Positions 1 through 13,302 of a stretch of 64,000 nucleotides of DNA are shown one piece after another. Position 1 is the stretch's first letter. The number at the start of each line of letters is the position of its first letter. Below the pieces are notes generated by a model, which had not been told where the DNA came from, did not search any database, and worked only from the letters and a program-made list of their open reading frames with translations. The stretch is from Selaginella moellendorffii (taxonomy: Eukaryota > Plantae > Lycopodiophyta), in contig NW_003314266.1 of assembly GCF_000143415.4 (NCBI RefSeq), forward strand, positions 2,396,379 through 2,460,378, written 5' to 3'. The position numbers and the translations under genes are program-made.

Positions 1-3000
1 GGCTTATTGAATATTATACTAAACCTTATAAACTTGTAGACTAACTTGCCACAACACCCAATAGTCCCTTCCATTGAGCAAATAACCCTTTACACAAACT
101 ATATACTATAAGATAGACTCTACTTGAACAAATGGAAGAATATTCATCAAAGTCAAACCCAAGTCAGGAATAAGACTTATGAACATTGTAAATGAGACAC
201 CTCCAAGTGGTCAAATATGTGGTTAAGTGACTAAAGTAAAATGGAAAATTAATTGCTTACAATTTGGTATTAAAGTTATTCCTTAATCTAACTTTTATTA
301 GTGGTCAAATATATCACCACTTATATTGGCATTGGAAGGTCTTTATTTTTGAAGAGTAATATGTCAAGATAGCATGACTCTCCACTTTAGTTCATATATG
401 AACATGTATATAATGTGGTGGATAGAAAGGGGTCAATAAAGAAACAACTTTAGATCTTGGGAATAATAGAAAATTTTCCTCAAAGAGTTGAAAATGTGAT
501 TTATATAAGTGTTTGATTTAGCAAATTTTCTAATGTAGTTATAGTAAACAACTATAGTTGGGATCACAAAAAGGATAAAGACTCCGAGACAATAAAGGAG
601 TCACAAGATAATGCTTATATAGTTAAAGATGATATTTATGAATTTGAGTCTAGAGTTAATGACTATGAAAAGTTAAATATGAATGAAGACACATTTATGG
701 TGGCACCTCAAAAGTAGCTATGAGACTAAGACCTTACAAGACGTAGATTAACAAAGTTTAAAATTTAGATGACTCAATAAAGTCAAGGGATAAAACCAAA
801 CCATAAAAATCTGAGGGCATAGTTGAAAGTAATTATATAAGTTGGGAGTGGAGAATCAAGTGGGTGTTCAAAGGTTACTGACAATTGTACTGCTATAGAG
901 AGTTTAAAATATGGAATTGTCTATATTAAACTTTATAGCCATTAGAAAGCTTACGAAAGAAGAAGCATTAGCAAGTTAAGGAATAAAATTTTTTCAATGT
1001 TCAAAAAGACAATTTTAGGTAAATTAGTACCTAAAAAGACAAATGTAAATGATTTATAAGATTGCACAAAATTAAAATAGCACAGCAGAAGCATGGTCTT
1101 AAAATTTGCCATGAGGTGATGTTATCAAAGTTAGAGAGGTAGTTCTTGTGGGTTCAAACAAATGACTTTCAATAAAAGTCAATGTTTAAGGACTTTCATG
1201 CTTATGCAAAGAATTATATTATATTGGTTGGGTGACTTGTAAAGTAGGATTAGCAAGTTGGAGGAATGAAAACCCTAGTTGAATCTGATGACTTAAAAAT
1301 GGTGGCCCATGAGGCCAAGCATGGGGGAGTCCATGCATGATCATAAGTAAGTCAATTAGCTTGTCAAGTGAGAGGATTTGGAAGCTTAGAGGAATTAAGT
1401 TCCTAAGTGGTGATTCATAACACACGTTGGATTAAGTTGGTGCATCGGTGTAGGGAATCACACCAAACATCCTAGGTAATGCCATCTGCAAATGCATATA
1501 CAAAAGTTAGATTTGAGTTTCAACCCTCTAGTTTTTGGGTTTGAGTCCCAACTTACTAGCATATGGTGATAATTTGGAATATAAAGACACTCATTTTTGG
1601 TAGTTATGGACTCTTAGTAAGAATGCTAGTTTGGGCACACTGCTAAATGGGGATGCCCTGGAGTCATGATACACAGTTAGAGCGTTTAATGTGAAAACTC
1701 AACATATCTAACTTACTTTAGTGCAATTGATATTGAGGACATGGTAAATGAAATGGGAACACCTAATCTCAGTTGCTATGGACCTTTGGTCAAAAGGGTT
1801 AGTTTGGGTGCAACACCAAGTGTGAGGATGCCCTCGAGGTCGTGGTCAACAATTTAAAGATTTGGTAGACATATTGCATATTGATAAACCCATTAAGCTA
1901 TCTATGTGGGATCACTAAGTAATTCCATGGCTAATAATCAAAGATAAAACTCTTTGGCGGGTTAAGGAATGGTATTTTTTATTCAAAGTAGTGACTTGAA
2001 CAAATAATATAGTGTGATTTAGTCAAAGTGACCAAGTGGGAAATATGCCTAAAGGAAATAAGCTATGGCAATGCAATGGTATTGTAAGAAAGTAATCTCT
2101 AAGGAAGGACCTATAAAAAGGTTGCAATATTAAATCGTGGGTAGAGCCCATAGTAGAAAATGTTAGGGAAACTTATTAAGGGTGAACACCCCTTGAACTT
2201 AGCAAACCAAAGCTTTTATTATAGAACAGAAAGAATACCTCAAGGATAGAAATAGTGATCTTATGTTGCTTTATGCAACAATCAAAGGATAGGAGCAAAA
2301 GACTAATGGCTGAGAATAGGCTATAGAAAAAATTAAAAGGAATCCAAATGATAAGTTATTGTAGCACACATTATTTCTCTCCCCTTAAGCCAACTAGAAA
2401 AGGGGCAATTGCTTGATGAGAGAGCTCTTAGTGGCTATTTTATCCCCATTTATCCCCCAAGGTTCCAAGGATCCACAGTGACAGTATATCCAAATCTCAT
2501 CCCATGATCACATGCGCTACAGTTATGCGAGGAATACTCATATAATGAATGCTAATAAATTGTGGGAAAGGAAATATATTTTTAAAGATGAATTTTCCAA
2601 ATCCTTCAATATGGTAAAGGTGAAAGCTCCAAGAGATGGAGCAGCAAAGTAGCCAAATAATAGGGATATAAACAACTCTAACACAAATTATGGATAAATC
2701 AAATTAAATGTTTAGTGGCACAAAGTAAAAAAGAGGATAATGGTGCCCTCAATTGAAAGACTTCATAGGATGGGAAAGTGAAGTTTGCACAACATATGCA
2801 ATTCAAGGTGTTAGAAACACAAGTAAGATTGAAATAGAAAAAGTGTCTTTAACAGATTTAGTGAGAACTAAATGAACAAAAGGAAAGAACCATCACATAT
2901 AATTTAATAAGACTTTAAGTTGAAGAAATTATGTTCCTTAAAGGATGGAAAGGCATGGTGAGCCTTTAGTGTTGAATCATTGATGAATATTGGCTTGGTG

Positions 3001-5200
3001 CTAAGGAAAATTATAACTCATGATAGATTTACTTTATGAAATGGTTTATCATTCAATAAGGATATTGTAAGCAACTAAATTTTCATTTCTACTTTAGTTA
3101 TTTAACGACACCTTTGACCATTTGGAGGAGTCTCACTCACAACCTCCATAATCCCATTCTCTACTTAAAGATATGTTAGCCCCATAAATGGCATCTATGC
3201 CATTTAGCCTTTGCACTTGGTCTAAGTGTTTCATGTGTCTGATCCCATGATAGACTATCGAAAGGTACTACTAACATCTCAACTTGTTATGGTAAAGCCA
3301 TATCCATTTACTCTTGTTTCATTGGTAGTCCAAGACCATCTATACCATATTCCCATCTCTCAAAAATTGGGCCATTTATCCATAGGTGGTCATCTTAGGA
3401 CCATACCTTAATATCCTTAAGATGCTCAGAGACATAAAGAATACTCTTTCCCATTATCTCTTCTTCAGTCCCCACCAAGTCCCTTTCCATCCACAGCCAT
3501 GCTCGCCAACACTGCCATTAGATTAGGGCCCGAAATCTTGACCACTAAGTCCCATTAACCTTTGGGACTTCCTTACCTTGTGACTATATCCTTAGTCATT
3601 ACACAAGAGGATTTTCCACAGTTTGGGATTTTGGGATGACATTTTGAAACACCATAGCTCTACACAAGCCTCATATGTACTCTCCCTAGCTTCTACCCTT
3701 AGGTGCCTTAGTTATGTGGTTAGAATGAGGTTTCGATGAGTCATACCAAGTATCCAAGTAAGTAGTGGCTAGAGTGAGGTTTTGATGAGCCATACCAGGT
3801 ATCCAAGTAAGTAGTGCCACCCACGCTTAGATTGAGAGCATCGATCATTCGATCTCATAGGGGAGCTAAATGTAAGCTCTTGAATTTGAACTTCCCAGGA
3901 GGTCACTCAACCCAATACTATTCAAACCCAAGGATGCTTAACCCCAAGTATTCTAAGACCCTTAACCAATTGGAAAAAGGGGTGCACTCTTATTTATAAG
4001 CCCTTTCTCTTTATATTTGAACCCCTATAGATCATCTCTTAAGTTGTTTTTTTTTATAACATACACTAAAACCGACTCTTAAACCCTTCACCAAGTTACC
4101 CCACTTGTCTGTCTATATTCACTTTAGCCTTAGACTCCTTAATGGTTATATCATCATTCACTATATTGGTATAGCTTTCCTTAGTCACATTTGCTCCATT
4201 GAAATTCTCCCCCTACTATCCTTTTGGAACTCATTGAACCCCCTAGGGTTTGTGAAATGATTGCTTTAGGCTTTCACCCTTGGACTTAGACTTGGACTTG
4301 GACTCGGTCTCTGCCCTGGTGAAAACTTGATAGATGATATAATTGTTGTAGGTGCGAGAGAGAATTCAATGGAAAACTAGTTACAATAGTCCACTGCTGT
4401 GATTGTAGAGTGCCAAAGGGCTTTTAATATCATTATTCTTGAGTTGGCACTATGCTTCTCACCTTAGAACATGCTACCAAATGCATGAATCAATTAAAAA
4501 TTAACTTGAAACCTTCAATCCCCAAGAAGGTTTATGTGAGTTATCGTGAGTAAGGATAGGCTTAAGATCACTAAAATACTTTGAGTCTTGAATAAATGAA
4601 TGTGCATTAGTGTTAGGCTAGAGTATAATAAAGATAGGGATAGGGATCAAGTGTTAACTCTCCCCTTTAACTACTCCTACATGGTGGTAATTGCCACTTC
4701 TTGAGTTCTAACTATCAAGATTGTAATCTTGAGTGTCAAGGTTATAAACTTGATTGTTAAGAAAATGCTTGAATGCATAGTTAATTTGCTATGCTTCATC
4801 TGGTCTCAATCTTAGTCTTGGTGTCAGTCTCAGTCTTTATCTTAATCCCACTACTCATTCCCAAATAATCCTAACCTCCATCAATATAACCATCATACTT
4901 TGGAACTATGATATTGACTTCTCAAGTCAATTTCTTTAGTATCTCTGACACTTTGAATTGCACATGTTGTGCAAACTTCATTTTCCCATCTTAGGAAGTT
5001 TTTCAATTAAAGGCAACATCATCCTCTATTTTACTTTATACCACTCTAGGCATTAAGTTCTATTTATTTATAATTTATTAAAAACTTGGTGAAAATACTG
5101 ATTAGTGATGTTGTAGTTTTGTTGCAGATGTGAGAGAGAATTCAGTGAAGAGCTAGCTATGATGGTAATGGATTTATAGTCATAATAAAAATTTAATATA
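1..5200. mobile_element. Degenerate AT-rich LTR-retroelement/repeat debris
   Basis: No intact ORF. 3070-3370 is homologous to 47320-47610. 4200-4310 resembles 23860-23990 (ccctactat..ttttggaac and the GACTCGGTCT motif). 2700-2820 is an inverted copy of 4940-5055. A 49-bp tandem duplication lies at 3722-3820. Confidence 0.55.
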
Positions 5201-5989
5201 AATATATATTATAAAATAATTATTATTATTATTAAATATTAAATATTAAAATAATAATTTTTTCTGTAAATGAGGTGATAATGCAAAACCTCTATTTAAT
5301 AGCAACTATTGCAACTAGGATTAGATACACAGATCTAAATATTATTAAAATTAATAATTGTTTAAAATAACTATTTAATAAAAATGTTACCACTAAAACC
5401 TTAACAGAATATTCTTTTATGTACTAAACTATGTTGAGGACTCTCTTGGCTCCCTATGTTGGCTAGTCAAGTCTATCACTACAAACTATTAAATACAAAA
5501 TGAAACAAGGCTGAAACTAGCTCTTCAATCTCTTCAATATTCTTTGGGTTTCTTGTTTTAAGCTGTTGTGATTGCTATTAGTAATTATTGATTATAAGTT
5601 TCATTCCTTTGTTCGACTGGCTGGTAATCTCTTTTGTTCGTTCTTTGTTTTTCTTTATCGAAAACTAAATGGGAAACTCTAGGGATATCAAGGAAATTAA
5701 AGCTTACATTCTCCCCTTTTCTCTATGGAACCATTGCTTGCTAAACAGTTTTGTGCTAAGTTTTTTAACTGAAAAACTTGACAGTACCAATACTTAATTT
5801 CTTTCTCCAGTTGCAAAAGGGGTTCCAAATTGAGAATGTATGCATTGAGCAGTGTTTTGCAAGAAGCTGCTGAAGATGCTTTGTACATAAAAGGGAGTAG
5901 CCAGAAAACCTCGAACTGTAATTGATGTGGGATTTGATAATAAAGCTCGGAGACTTTAAGAGTGTAATTAGCGATGGTGGTGTGGATTT

Positions 5990-7774
5990 GTGATGAACAG
6001 GAACGCCAGCATCGATCTTGTCAAGTCATGCACAACACAACGTCAGGCTGGGGAGATCTACAATCGTATCCATCACCTAGTAGTTTCCGACGTCTACCTC
6101 GCCAATCTCCTGATTCAGCTGCTTGGCAAAGTTGGCAGCCCACAGCTCTCCCGCCAGATCTTTGATTCAGTGCCTTGCCACAAAAGAGACTCGTACACAT
6201 GGGACTACCTCCTCGTGGCCTATGCCCAAAACGGGCATATCAATCAAACGCAACAAGTCTTCGATGCAATGCCCCGGAGAAACCTCGTGTCCAGCACCAC
6301 ACTCTCGCGCTTGTATGCCCAGGCCGGGGATCTGGAGGGGGCGATACGAGTGTTCCAAACGATGGCATTTTGTGATCTCATCTCCTGGACGGTGCTGCTA
6401 GTTTTCTATGCCCGATCCGGCGAGGTGGGCGATGCCGCGAGGCTGTTCGATGCAATGCCGGAGGTGGATCTGGCATCCTGGACTGCAATGCTTGGCGCAT
6501 TTGCCCAGGTTGGTGATCTGGAGAAATCAAAGAAAGTCTTTGATGCAATGCCGGAACACGACGTCGTGTCGTGCACCGCAATGCTGAACTCGTTCGGACA
6601 GAGTGGAAATCTGGAAGAAGTGTGTGGGATTTACGAGAGAATGGAGGAAAGAAACCAGGTTTCCAAGACGGCTCTTCTTTCTGCATATGCCAACAGTGGA
6701 TTTGCTAACGAGGCCAAGGAGATGTTTATGAAAATGGAGGAGTTTGATCTGGTTTCGTGGAACACAATGCTTTCGATGTATGCAAAATACGGCCAGATGG
6801 ATGAAGCAAAGGCTCTCTTTGATCACATGGAAGAGCGGGATCTTGTTTCTTGGAATTCAATGCTTACTGCATTTGCCCAATACTGGCATATTGGAGATTC
6901 AGAAAGTTTATTTCATTCTATGAAAGAAAGGGACATAGTTTCGTGGAATACAATGCTTGCTGCCTACGCAAACTTAGGTCTTGTATCATGTTGCGAGAAA
7001 ATATTCTATGAAATGCCTGAAAGGAATCTAGTGTCATGGAACTCGCTCCTTGCAGCATATGCCCAAAACGGGCAAATGGAAAATGCTGTGAGCATTTTTA
7101 CGGTGATGTGCGAGCGGAATCTTCTCTCTTGGAACTCTCTGCTGGTCGCATACATGCACGATTCGTATACAGAGGAGTTCCTTCGGGCGTTTTTTGCTAT
7201 GCCAGAGCGTGATCTCATCTCCTGGACGAGCCTCATTGCCGTGCTTGCCCAAAACGGGCATTTGGATCAAGCAAAGCTCGTCTTTGATCGGATTCCAGAG
7301 CGAGATCTTTGCTCCTGGAACACAGTCTTGGCAGCATTTGCCTACAGCGGAGAATTCAGTGATGCTTTCCAGATCTTTGGCGAGCTTAACATGATTGGGA
7401 GCCCAGATGGGATCTCATTTGCCTGTGTTCTTCATGCATGTTGCCATGCAGGGAAAGCTTCCATTGGGAGGAACTACTTCTTTTCCATGACAGTGGATTT
7501 TGGGTTGGATCCATCCAAGCAGCACTATAGCTGCCTGATCAATCTGCTGGGAAGAGCTGGGCATCTGGATGATTGCCAGGAACTTGTAAATTCAATGCCT
7601 TTCGTCGCTGATGGCTCGGATTGGAGGAGTTTTCTGGGAGCTTGCGCTAGCTCCAAGGAGATTTGGAGGACACAGCGTATGAGAGAGGTTAACATGAACC
7701 ATCCAGCATCCTATGTTCTCCTCTCAAACATTTTCTCCGTTAAGCAAAAAATGGAATTGGACGGCTCAGATTGA
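5990..7774 (+). CDS. PLS-class pentatricopeptide repeat protein with E-type C-terminus (organellar RNA editing factor-like)
   Basis: Intronless 594-aa ORF with tandem 31-aa repeats (F..M.ERD.VSWN.ML.AYA..G) and a C-terminal HYSCLINLLGRAGHL..W..FLGAC..YVLLSN segment. Confidence 0.93.
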   Translation: MMNRNASIDLVKSCTTQRQAGEIYNRIHHLVVSDVYLANLLIQLLGKVGSPQLSRQIFDSVPCHKRDSYTWDYLLVAYAQNGHINQTQQVFDAMPRRNLVSSTTLSRLYAQAGDLEGAIRVFQTMAFCDLISWTVLLVFYARSGEVGDAARLFDAMPEVDLASWTAMLGAFAQVGDLEKSKKVFDAMPEHDVVSCTAMLNSFGQSGNLEEVCGIYERMEERNQVSKTALLSAYANSGFANEAKEMFMKMEEFDLVSWNTMLSMYAKYGQMDEAKALFDHMEERDLVSWNSMLTAFAQYWHIGDSESLFHSMKERDIVSWNTMLAAYANLGLVSCCEKIFYEMPERNLVSWNSLLAAYAQNGQMENAVSIFTVMCERNLLSWNSLLVAYMHDSYTEEFLRAFFAMPERDLISWTSLIAVLAQNGHLDQAKLVFDRIPERDLCSWNTVLAAFAYSGEFSDAFQIFGELNMIGSPDGISFACVLHACCHAGKASIGRNYFFSMTVDFGLDPSKQHYSCLINLLGRAGHLDDCQELVNSMPFVADGSDWRSFLGACASSKEIWRTQRMREVNMNHPASYVLLSNIFSVKQKMELDGSD

Positions 7775-7930
7775 CTCTCACTTTGTACTTTAGGGCATAT
7801 AATTATCTATAAAATCCTGATTAAGCTAATTCCTTTTAACCATGCCTTCTAACCGCCACTAGGAATATTCTTCGTATAGCTTCCCGGAAAAGCCTCCTGG
7901 ATTAGGGTTCTTGGGCGCAAGTTTGAAATC

Positions 7931-10789
7931 ATGTCGAGCGGCCTCACGGTCGTGAAGCTGCGCGAGGCGCTTCGCAAGCGCAATCTCGACGCGACGGGGC
8001 TCAAGGCGGATTTGGTAATGTCTGTGTGGTTCGATCGAGCTTGAGAATGCGTTTTCCCCTTGTAATCCCTAGGTCGCCAGGCTCGACGATGCGATCGCCG
8101 CCGAAGCACCGACGACGAAGAAATCCCCGACAAAGAAGCGAGCTGCAAAGAGAAAAGGCGAGGAGGAAGACGAAGACGATGGAGACGATGCCCCACCGGC
8201 GCCTAAAAGATCGAAGGCCGACGAGGTAAAAAGAATGACAGTGGTAGATCTCCGCGCGGCATTGAGCGAGCGTCAGCTTGCCACGACTGGGCGGAAGAAC
8301 GATCTCGTGGAGAGGTTAATTGCTGCTCTCGAAAGTGATGTCGACAAAGGTAACGCGAATGGAAGTCTTCCTTCTCACCGTGATTTTGATAGATGAGGAA
8401 GATGCCAAGAGCGATGCTACTGCCAAAGATCAAGCCGACGATACCCAGCCCGACTCTCGCAGAGCAAGTGCTCGTGGCAAGGAGAAAGAAGGAAAGAAGG
8501 AAAGGGAGGAGGAAGCTAAGATGGTAAAAGCTTACAAGAAGGGTCGCGCGGTCTTGGACGAGGTGCTAGCCGATCATATTAAATCGTCGTGTCATGTTCT
8601 AGAAGAGGTGCGTTCTCTTTACTTTTCTAGTGAGTTTTTTTATCCTAAGCCAGTGGTTATTTCACATAGGGGGACGATGTGTATGATGCAATGCTCAATC
8701 AAACCAACGTAGGAGAGAACAATAACAAGTACTATAAGCTCCAAGTGCTAGGCAAGTACGCTTACAAATCGTTTCTTGTGTTACTGACAGCGTTACATGG
8801 CAGAATCTGATGACAACTCCCAGTACTTTGCGTGGTTTCGTTGGGGTCGAGTTGGATACAAAGGTCAAAACCAGCTCCATAACTTACCCCGAGAAGGTGC
8901 AAAACGGGAATTCGAGAAGAAGTTTTATCAGAAGACTCGTAACAACTGGAGGGATCGCAGTCGGTTTGTTTCACACCCGCAAAAATACACGCTTCTGGAA
9001 ATGGACTACGAAGAGGAAGATGCCGCGAAACAAAAGGTTGCATTTGCAATCCAACTACGAGATCCTGACTTTCTCTTCTTGCAGACGGAGAAGAAGAAAG
9101 ACGTGGTCCCTCCTATGAAGAAGCAAGTTCAGAGCAAACTTGACAGCCGTGTTGCGCAATTTGTGTCTCTGATTTGCGATCTCAAAATGATGAGGCAACA
9201 AATGGTGGAGATAGGATATGACGCTCGAAAGATGCCCCTTGGCAAGCTAAGCAAGGCGACAATCCTAAAGGTGACGTGCCTCTTTTGAACTCTTGACGAG
9301 ACTGGGTAACTTTTGTGTTTTCCAGGGATATCAAACACTGAAATCCATTCAAGGGGTGTTGGAATCGCGTGGACCACCGCAAACCTTGCTAGACTTGAGC
9401 AGGTAAAGTTTATTCTAATCTGGTTTGACTCAACATATGTTTATTTGGTTTTGCAGCGAGTTCTACACACTTATCCCGCACGATTTTGGCTTTCAGAATA
9501 TCCGTAAGTTCCCAATTTTGGTTTATTCATCAGATTGCGAGCTTATATTTGCAGGACAACAAACTATTAACACTATCGAGAAGCTGAAAAAGAAAATTGA
9601 AATGGTACTATGCGTGACGTCGATACGTTTAATACAAGCTTATGTTTTTCTAATCAGGTTGAGGCTCTTGGAGAGATTGCAATCGCTGCGCAGGTTCTAG
9701 AAGAAGATGACGAGGAGGTAAAGTACTTGTTTAACATCAGTGTAAAATCTCAATGTTTTTCTTGTACACAGGATGATCCAGCATTTGCACATTACAAAAG
9801 GCTGAAGTGCAAGCTTGAGCCACTCGACCAAAGTGGTGAAGAATTCAAAATGGTTTGTAACAAGTTTTGAAAGTTTAGGTGCATACAAGTAAAAATTGTC
9901 TTTGTTTTCCAGATCCAGGAGTATTTGAAGAACACCCATGGCCAAACACATCGCAGTTATGACCTTATTTTACAGGATGTATTCAAGGTTCAGAGAGATG
10001 AAGAAGATGCGGGTTTTCGTAGTGTAAGTGAGGCGCATTCTGCTAGAGCAATCGCTTACTCTGCATTTGCAGTTTTCTCAAACTCCCAACCGCATGCTTC
10101 TCTGGCACGGCTCACGGCTGACAAACTGGACGGGCATTCTTTCCCAAGGTTATTTTGTTGTGCTCAGACATAGACTAAACCGTTTATGGATTTAGGACTC
10201 CGTATTGCTCCTCCGGAAGCACCATCGACGGGTTATATGTTTGGGAAAGGCGTTTATTTTGCTGACATGGTATCCAAGAGTGCCAACTATTGCTTTACTA
10301 CATCGCAAAATCCCCGTGGAGTTCTCCTCTTGTGTGAGGTACCCCGCTCTTCTTTTTGCTCGCAACCGTCATTCTTTGTGTCTTTCAGGTGGCTCTTGGA
10401 CAGATGAATGAGCTTTATCAAGCGGACTACAATGCGAACAGACTCCCTCCCGGAAAGCTAAGGTCACGCAGTGCTGTTTCCTCGTTTCTTCTATTGGTTT
10501 TTGAATGTGGTGTGGTATTTCAGCACGAAGGGTCTGGGTCGATCGGTACCAAATAGCTCGCAGTTTAAGACGCTACCAGATGGAGTAGTCGTGCCTCTGG
10601 GAAAACCAGTGAAATCTCCTAACGTAAGTTACCGTATTTCCAGCTCGTGTGTGACGTGGTTTGTTTTCCTTTTCTTTGCAGAGCAATACTAGCCTCGAGT
10701 ACAACGAGTACATCGTCTATGACACCAAGCAGATCAGAATGCGATATGTTTTGCAAGTGGATTTCCAATACAAGCTCGGCCGCTATTGA
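7931..10789 (+). CDS. PARP2: Poly(ADP-ribose) polymerase 2 (two SAP domains, WGR, PARP regulatory and catalytic domains), multi-exon
   Basis: SAP motifs ([21 protein letters not shown]; [21 protein letters not shown]), [47 protein letters not shown] and [10 protein letters not shown], joined by short GT-AG introns. Confidence 0.93.
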
Positions 10790-10993
10790 ACAATGCTGGT
10801 CCTTTTCTTTTTCTTTTTCACTGTAAATATAACACGTTTCAGGAACAAAAGCTGATGAACTTAACATGCTGTTAACTTTGCTAAACTCCTTAGGGCAAAC
10901 AGAGGAATATGGTTTTCTGAGCTGTGACAAGGTATGGCTGCTTCGAGCTCCATGTAAACTCTTCATCCTTGGTTTTCTTTCATTCTTTCCAGG

Positions 10994-12306
10994 ATGGCGT
11001 TTTGTGTGCATTGTGTAAATGCGGGGGCGACGGGCTTTGGAGCAGCTTACAATGGTGCTAGAGGTATCTGCTTGGCTACGTTTTTTTCACGCTTCCAGCT
11101 GTGTGGTCTTGCAGAAAATTGTGGAGAGATACGCAGCAGCGTGTGCTTCAGGCAAATGAAAGGGGCAGTAAGCTTCAATTTTGCTGCATCACCGCTTGCA
11201 AGAGATAAATGTGGAAGAAAAGCGAAGCTCCTCAGGTCTCTCTTTCCTTTCTGTAAGTCTTTTTATTTACACGGGACGTTTCCAGGTTTGTGAGGGCTGC
11301 AACTGTCGAGGACATCGAAGCCGAGAAGCAACTCGTTGAAGAAGATGCTGTACGTATACATTGGGCAATCTCAAATAAATATGTGATATGACTTTCCCCG
11401 TTCAGATGGAAAGAATGGAGAAGACCATTGAGACCGTCAAGTCCAACTTCAACACAATTCGAACAGGCCGTGCTAGCCCTGCTCTGCTCGATCGTGTTGA
11501 GGTATGCTTCTTTCTAAAGCGTTCTAGTTAAATCGTTCTATGGACAGGTCGAATACTATGGAACACTTGTGCTTCTCAAAACCATTGCTCAAATAAGTAC
11601 ACCGGATGGAAGTACTATACTTGTCCAGCCATTTGATCGATCCAGGTAGAGGATGTGGGAGTTTTGTTGTTATGACTACTAGCTATTGTGCAGCTTGTCG
11701 GCCATTGATAAAGCGATCACAAAGTCGGACCTCGGCCTGACGCCGAGCAACGATGGAATTGTCATTCGTTTGAATATACCGCAGCTTACTGCTGAAAGAA
11801 GGAAGGTAAGTTTGGTTCTCTTTCAGTTCCCATTTTCTTTGCATTTACACTTTTTTATCTCTCTTTTGCAGGAGCTTCTCAAGCTAGTGGCAAAGCTAAC
11901 CGAGGAGGGGAAGGTTTGATCTAAATCCTTTTGAGTCATACTTTTTAGGCCTTGACCATCAGGTAGCGTTGAGAAATGTCCGAAGGGATGCCATCAAATC
12001 GTACGAAAAGCTCGAAAAGGTATCTAAATTTCCCCGGAACTTCCGCTAACAAATCGAATGGTCAGGAAAAGAAGATATCCACGGACAATGTAAAGGATCT
12101 CTCCACCGAAATGCAGGTAAAATACCAGATCTAATTTTATCCACCACGCTTCAACAAGAAGCTCTGATGCACAGAGGCTCACGGACGAATACGTGAAAAC
12201 CGTGGATGATTTGTTCAAACAGAAAGAAAAGGTTTGACAGCGTACAGTCTCGAGTTAACTCCTGTTTCTTTTCCTTTTATTTCCGTAGGAGCTGTCAACC
12301 GTGTGA
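10994..12306 (+). CDS. RRF: Plastid ribosome recycling factor, multi-exon
   Basis: Exons encode [68 protein letters not shown] and [10 protein letters not shown]. The first exon is transit-peptide-like. Confidence 0.92.
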
Positions 12307-12494
12307 TCTTGCAAAACTCGTTGTATTTATAGGATCAAACATTATGCTGGAAGTGTGAACAATGCAAAAATTGCTGTATTACAATTCAAATACATGGATC
12401 AAACATTTTGTGTGACCTTGATTTCAATGCATTCTATTTTTTAATATGTATGTCAACTGCGTATTCTTGCAAAATTGTTGTGTGGATCAAAGTA

Positions 12495-13145
12495 TCAATC
12501 CACCACAGAAGGCAAAGCCCCATTGTCCCAGGCCATGCAGCACCCCTCGGAGCCACAGCAGCACATCTCATTGTAAATATACCGCTGCTCGCCACCCGAG
12601 TAGTCGAAGCATAGCTCCTCGCCAACTTTGATATCCCTGCTCGCAAACATCATAATATGGAACATCGGGCGCTCGTCGTCGTCCAAGCCCTCGTACGGAA
12701 CGTGCTCCACCCGGATGTTCCCGCCGTCACACCGGTGGTTGATGAACCTGGCCACGTTCCCGTAGGCGACGGCGTCCACCACCACCAAATTGGCCGGGAA
12801 CCTGGCGTCGCCGGGCATCTGGAACTGGTAGTCATGGCGCGCGGAGCTTGAAAAGTCGAGCACCTCGCCCACGTACTCGCACACGAAGCTGTCTTTGGGG
12901 ATTGTTTCCGCGGCTCGGACGCCCCAGCCGCAGCTTTCAGTCTTGAAGATGGCGAGTCTCTTTTGCATCTGGCAGCTGCACTGCGGGCCGCACTTGTCTT
13001 TCGGCTCTGAGCGTGGCGAAGGGTTGCGGTCGAAAGGTGGCAACGGTCCGCGAATGTTGTGGCGCACGTAGTAAAAGTTGGCGACGAAGTCGTTTGGAAA
13101 CGAGACGCGGTCCATGGAATCCTTTGGTTGTAATGAATGGACCAT
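12495..13145 (-). CDS. Small intronless SET-domain histone lysine methyltransferase (SUV39/SUVH-SUVR-like SET plus post-SET, vestigial pre-SET)
   Basis: GWGVRA..IPK..FVCEYVGE, GNVARFINHRC, ELCFDY and post-SET CCCGSEGC. Confidence 0.85.
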   Translation of the reverse strand: MVHSLQPKDSMDRVSFPNDFVANFYYVRHNIRGPLPPFDRNPSPRSEPKDKCGPQCSCQMQKRLAIFKTESCGWGVRAAETIPKDSFVCEYVGEVLDFSSSARHDYQFQMPGDARFPANLVVVDAVAYGNVARFINHRCDGGNIRVEHVPYEGLDDDERPMFHIMMFASRDIKVGEELCFDYSGGEQRYIYNEMCCCGSEGCCMAWDNGALPSVVD

Positions 13146-13302
13146 CTTTGCGAGGCTTATATAGTTGCCACTCAAAAAGGGTTAGATGCTAGGTATGTTC
13201 TACTGGTAGTTAACTCCTGTTGAAGTAAAGGAACTAACCTTGAGGCTTAGTAGGAAACGTTTTCTTTCTCTTGTTAATAATACAACTTGTCTGTGCAAAT
13301 AG

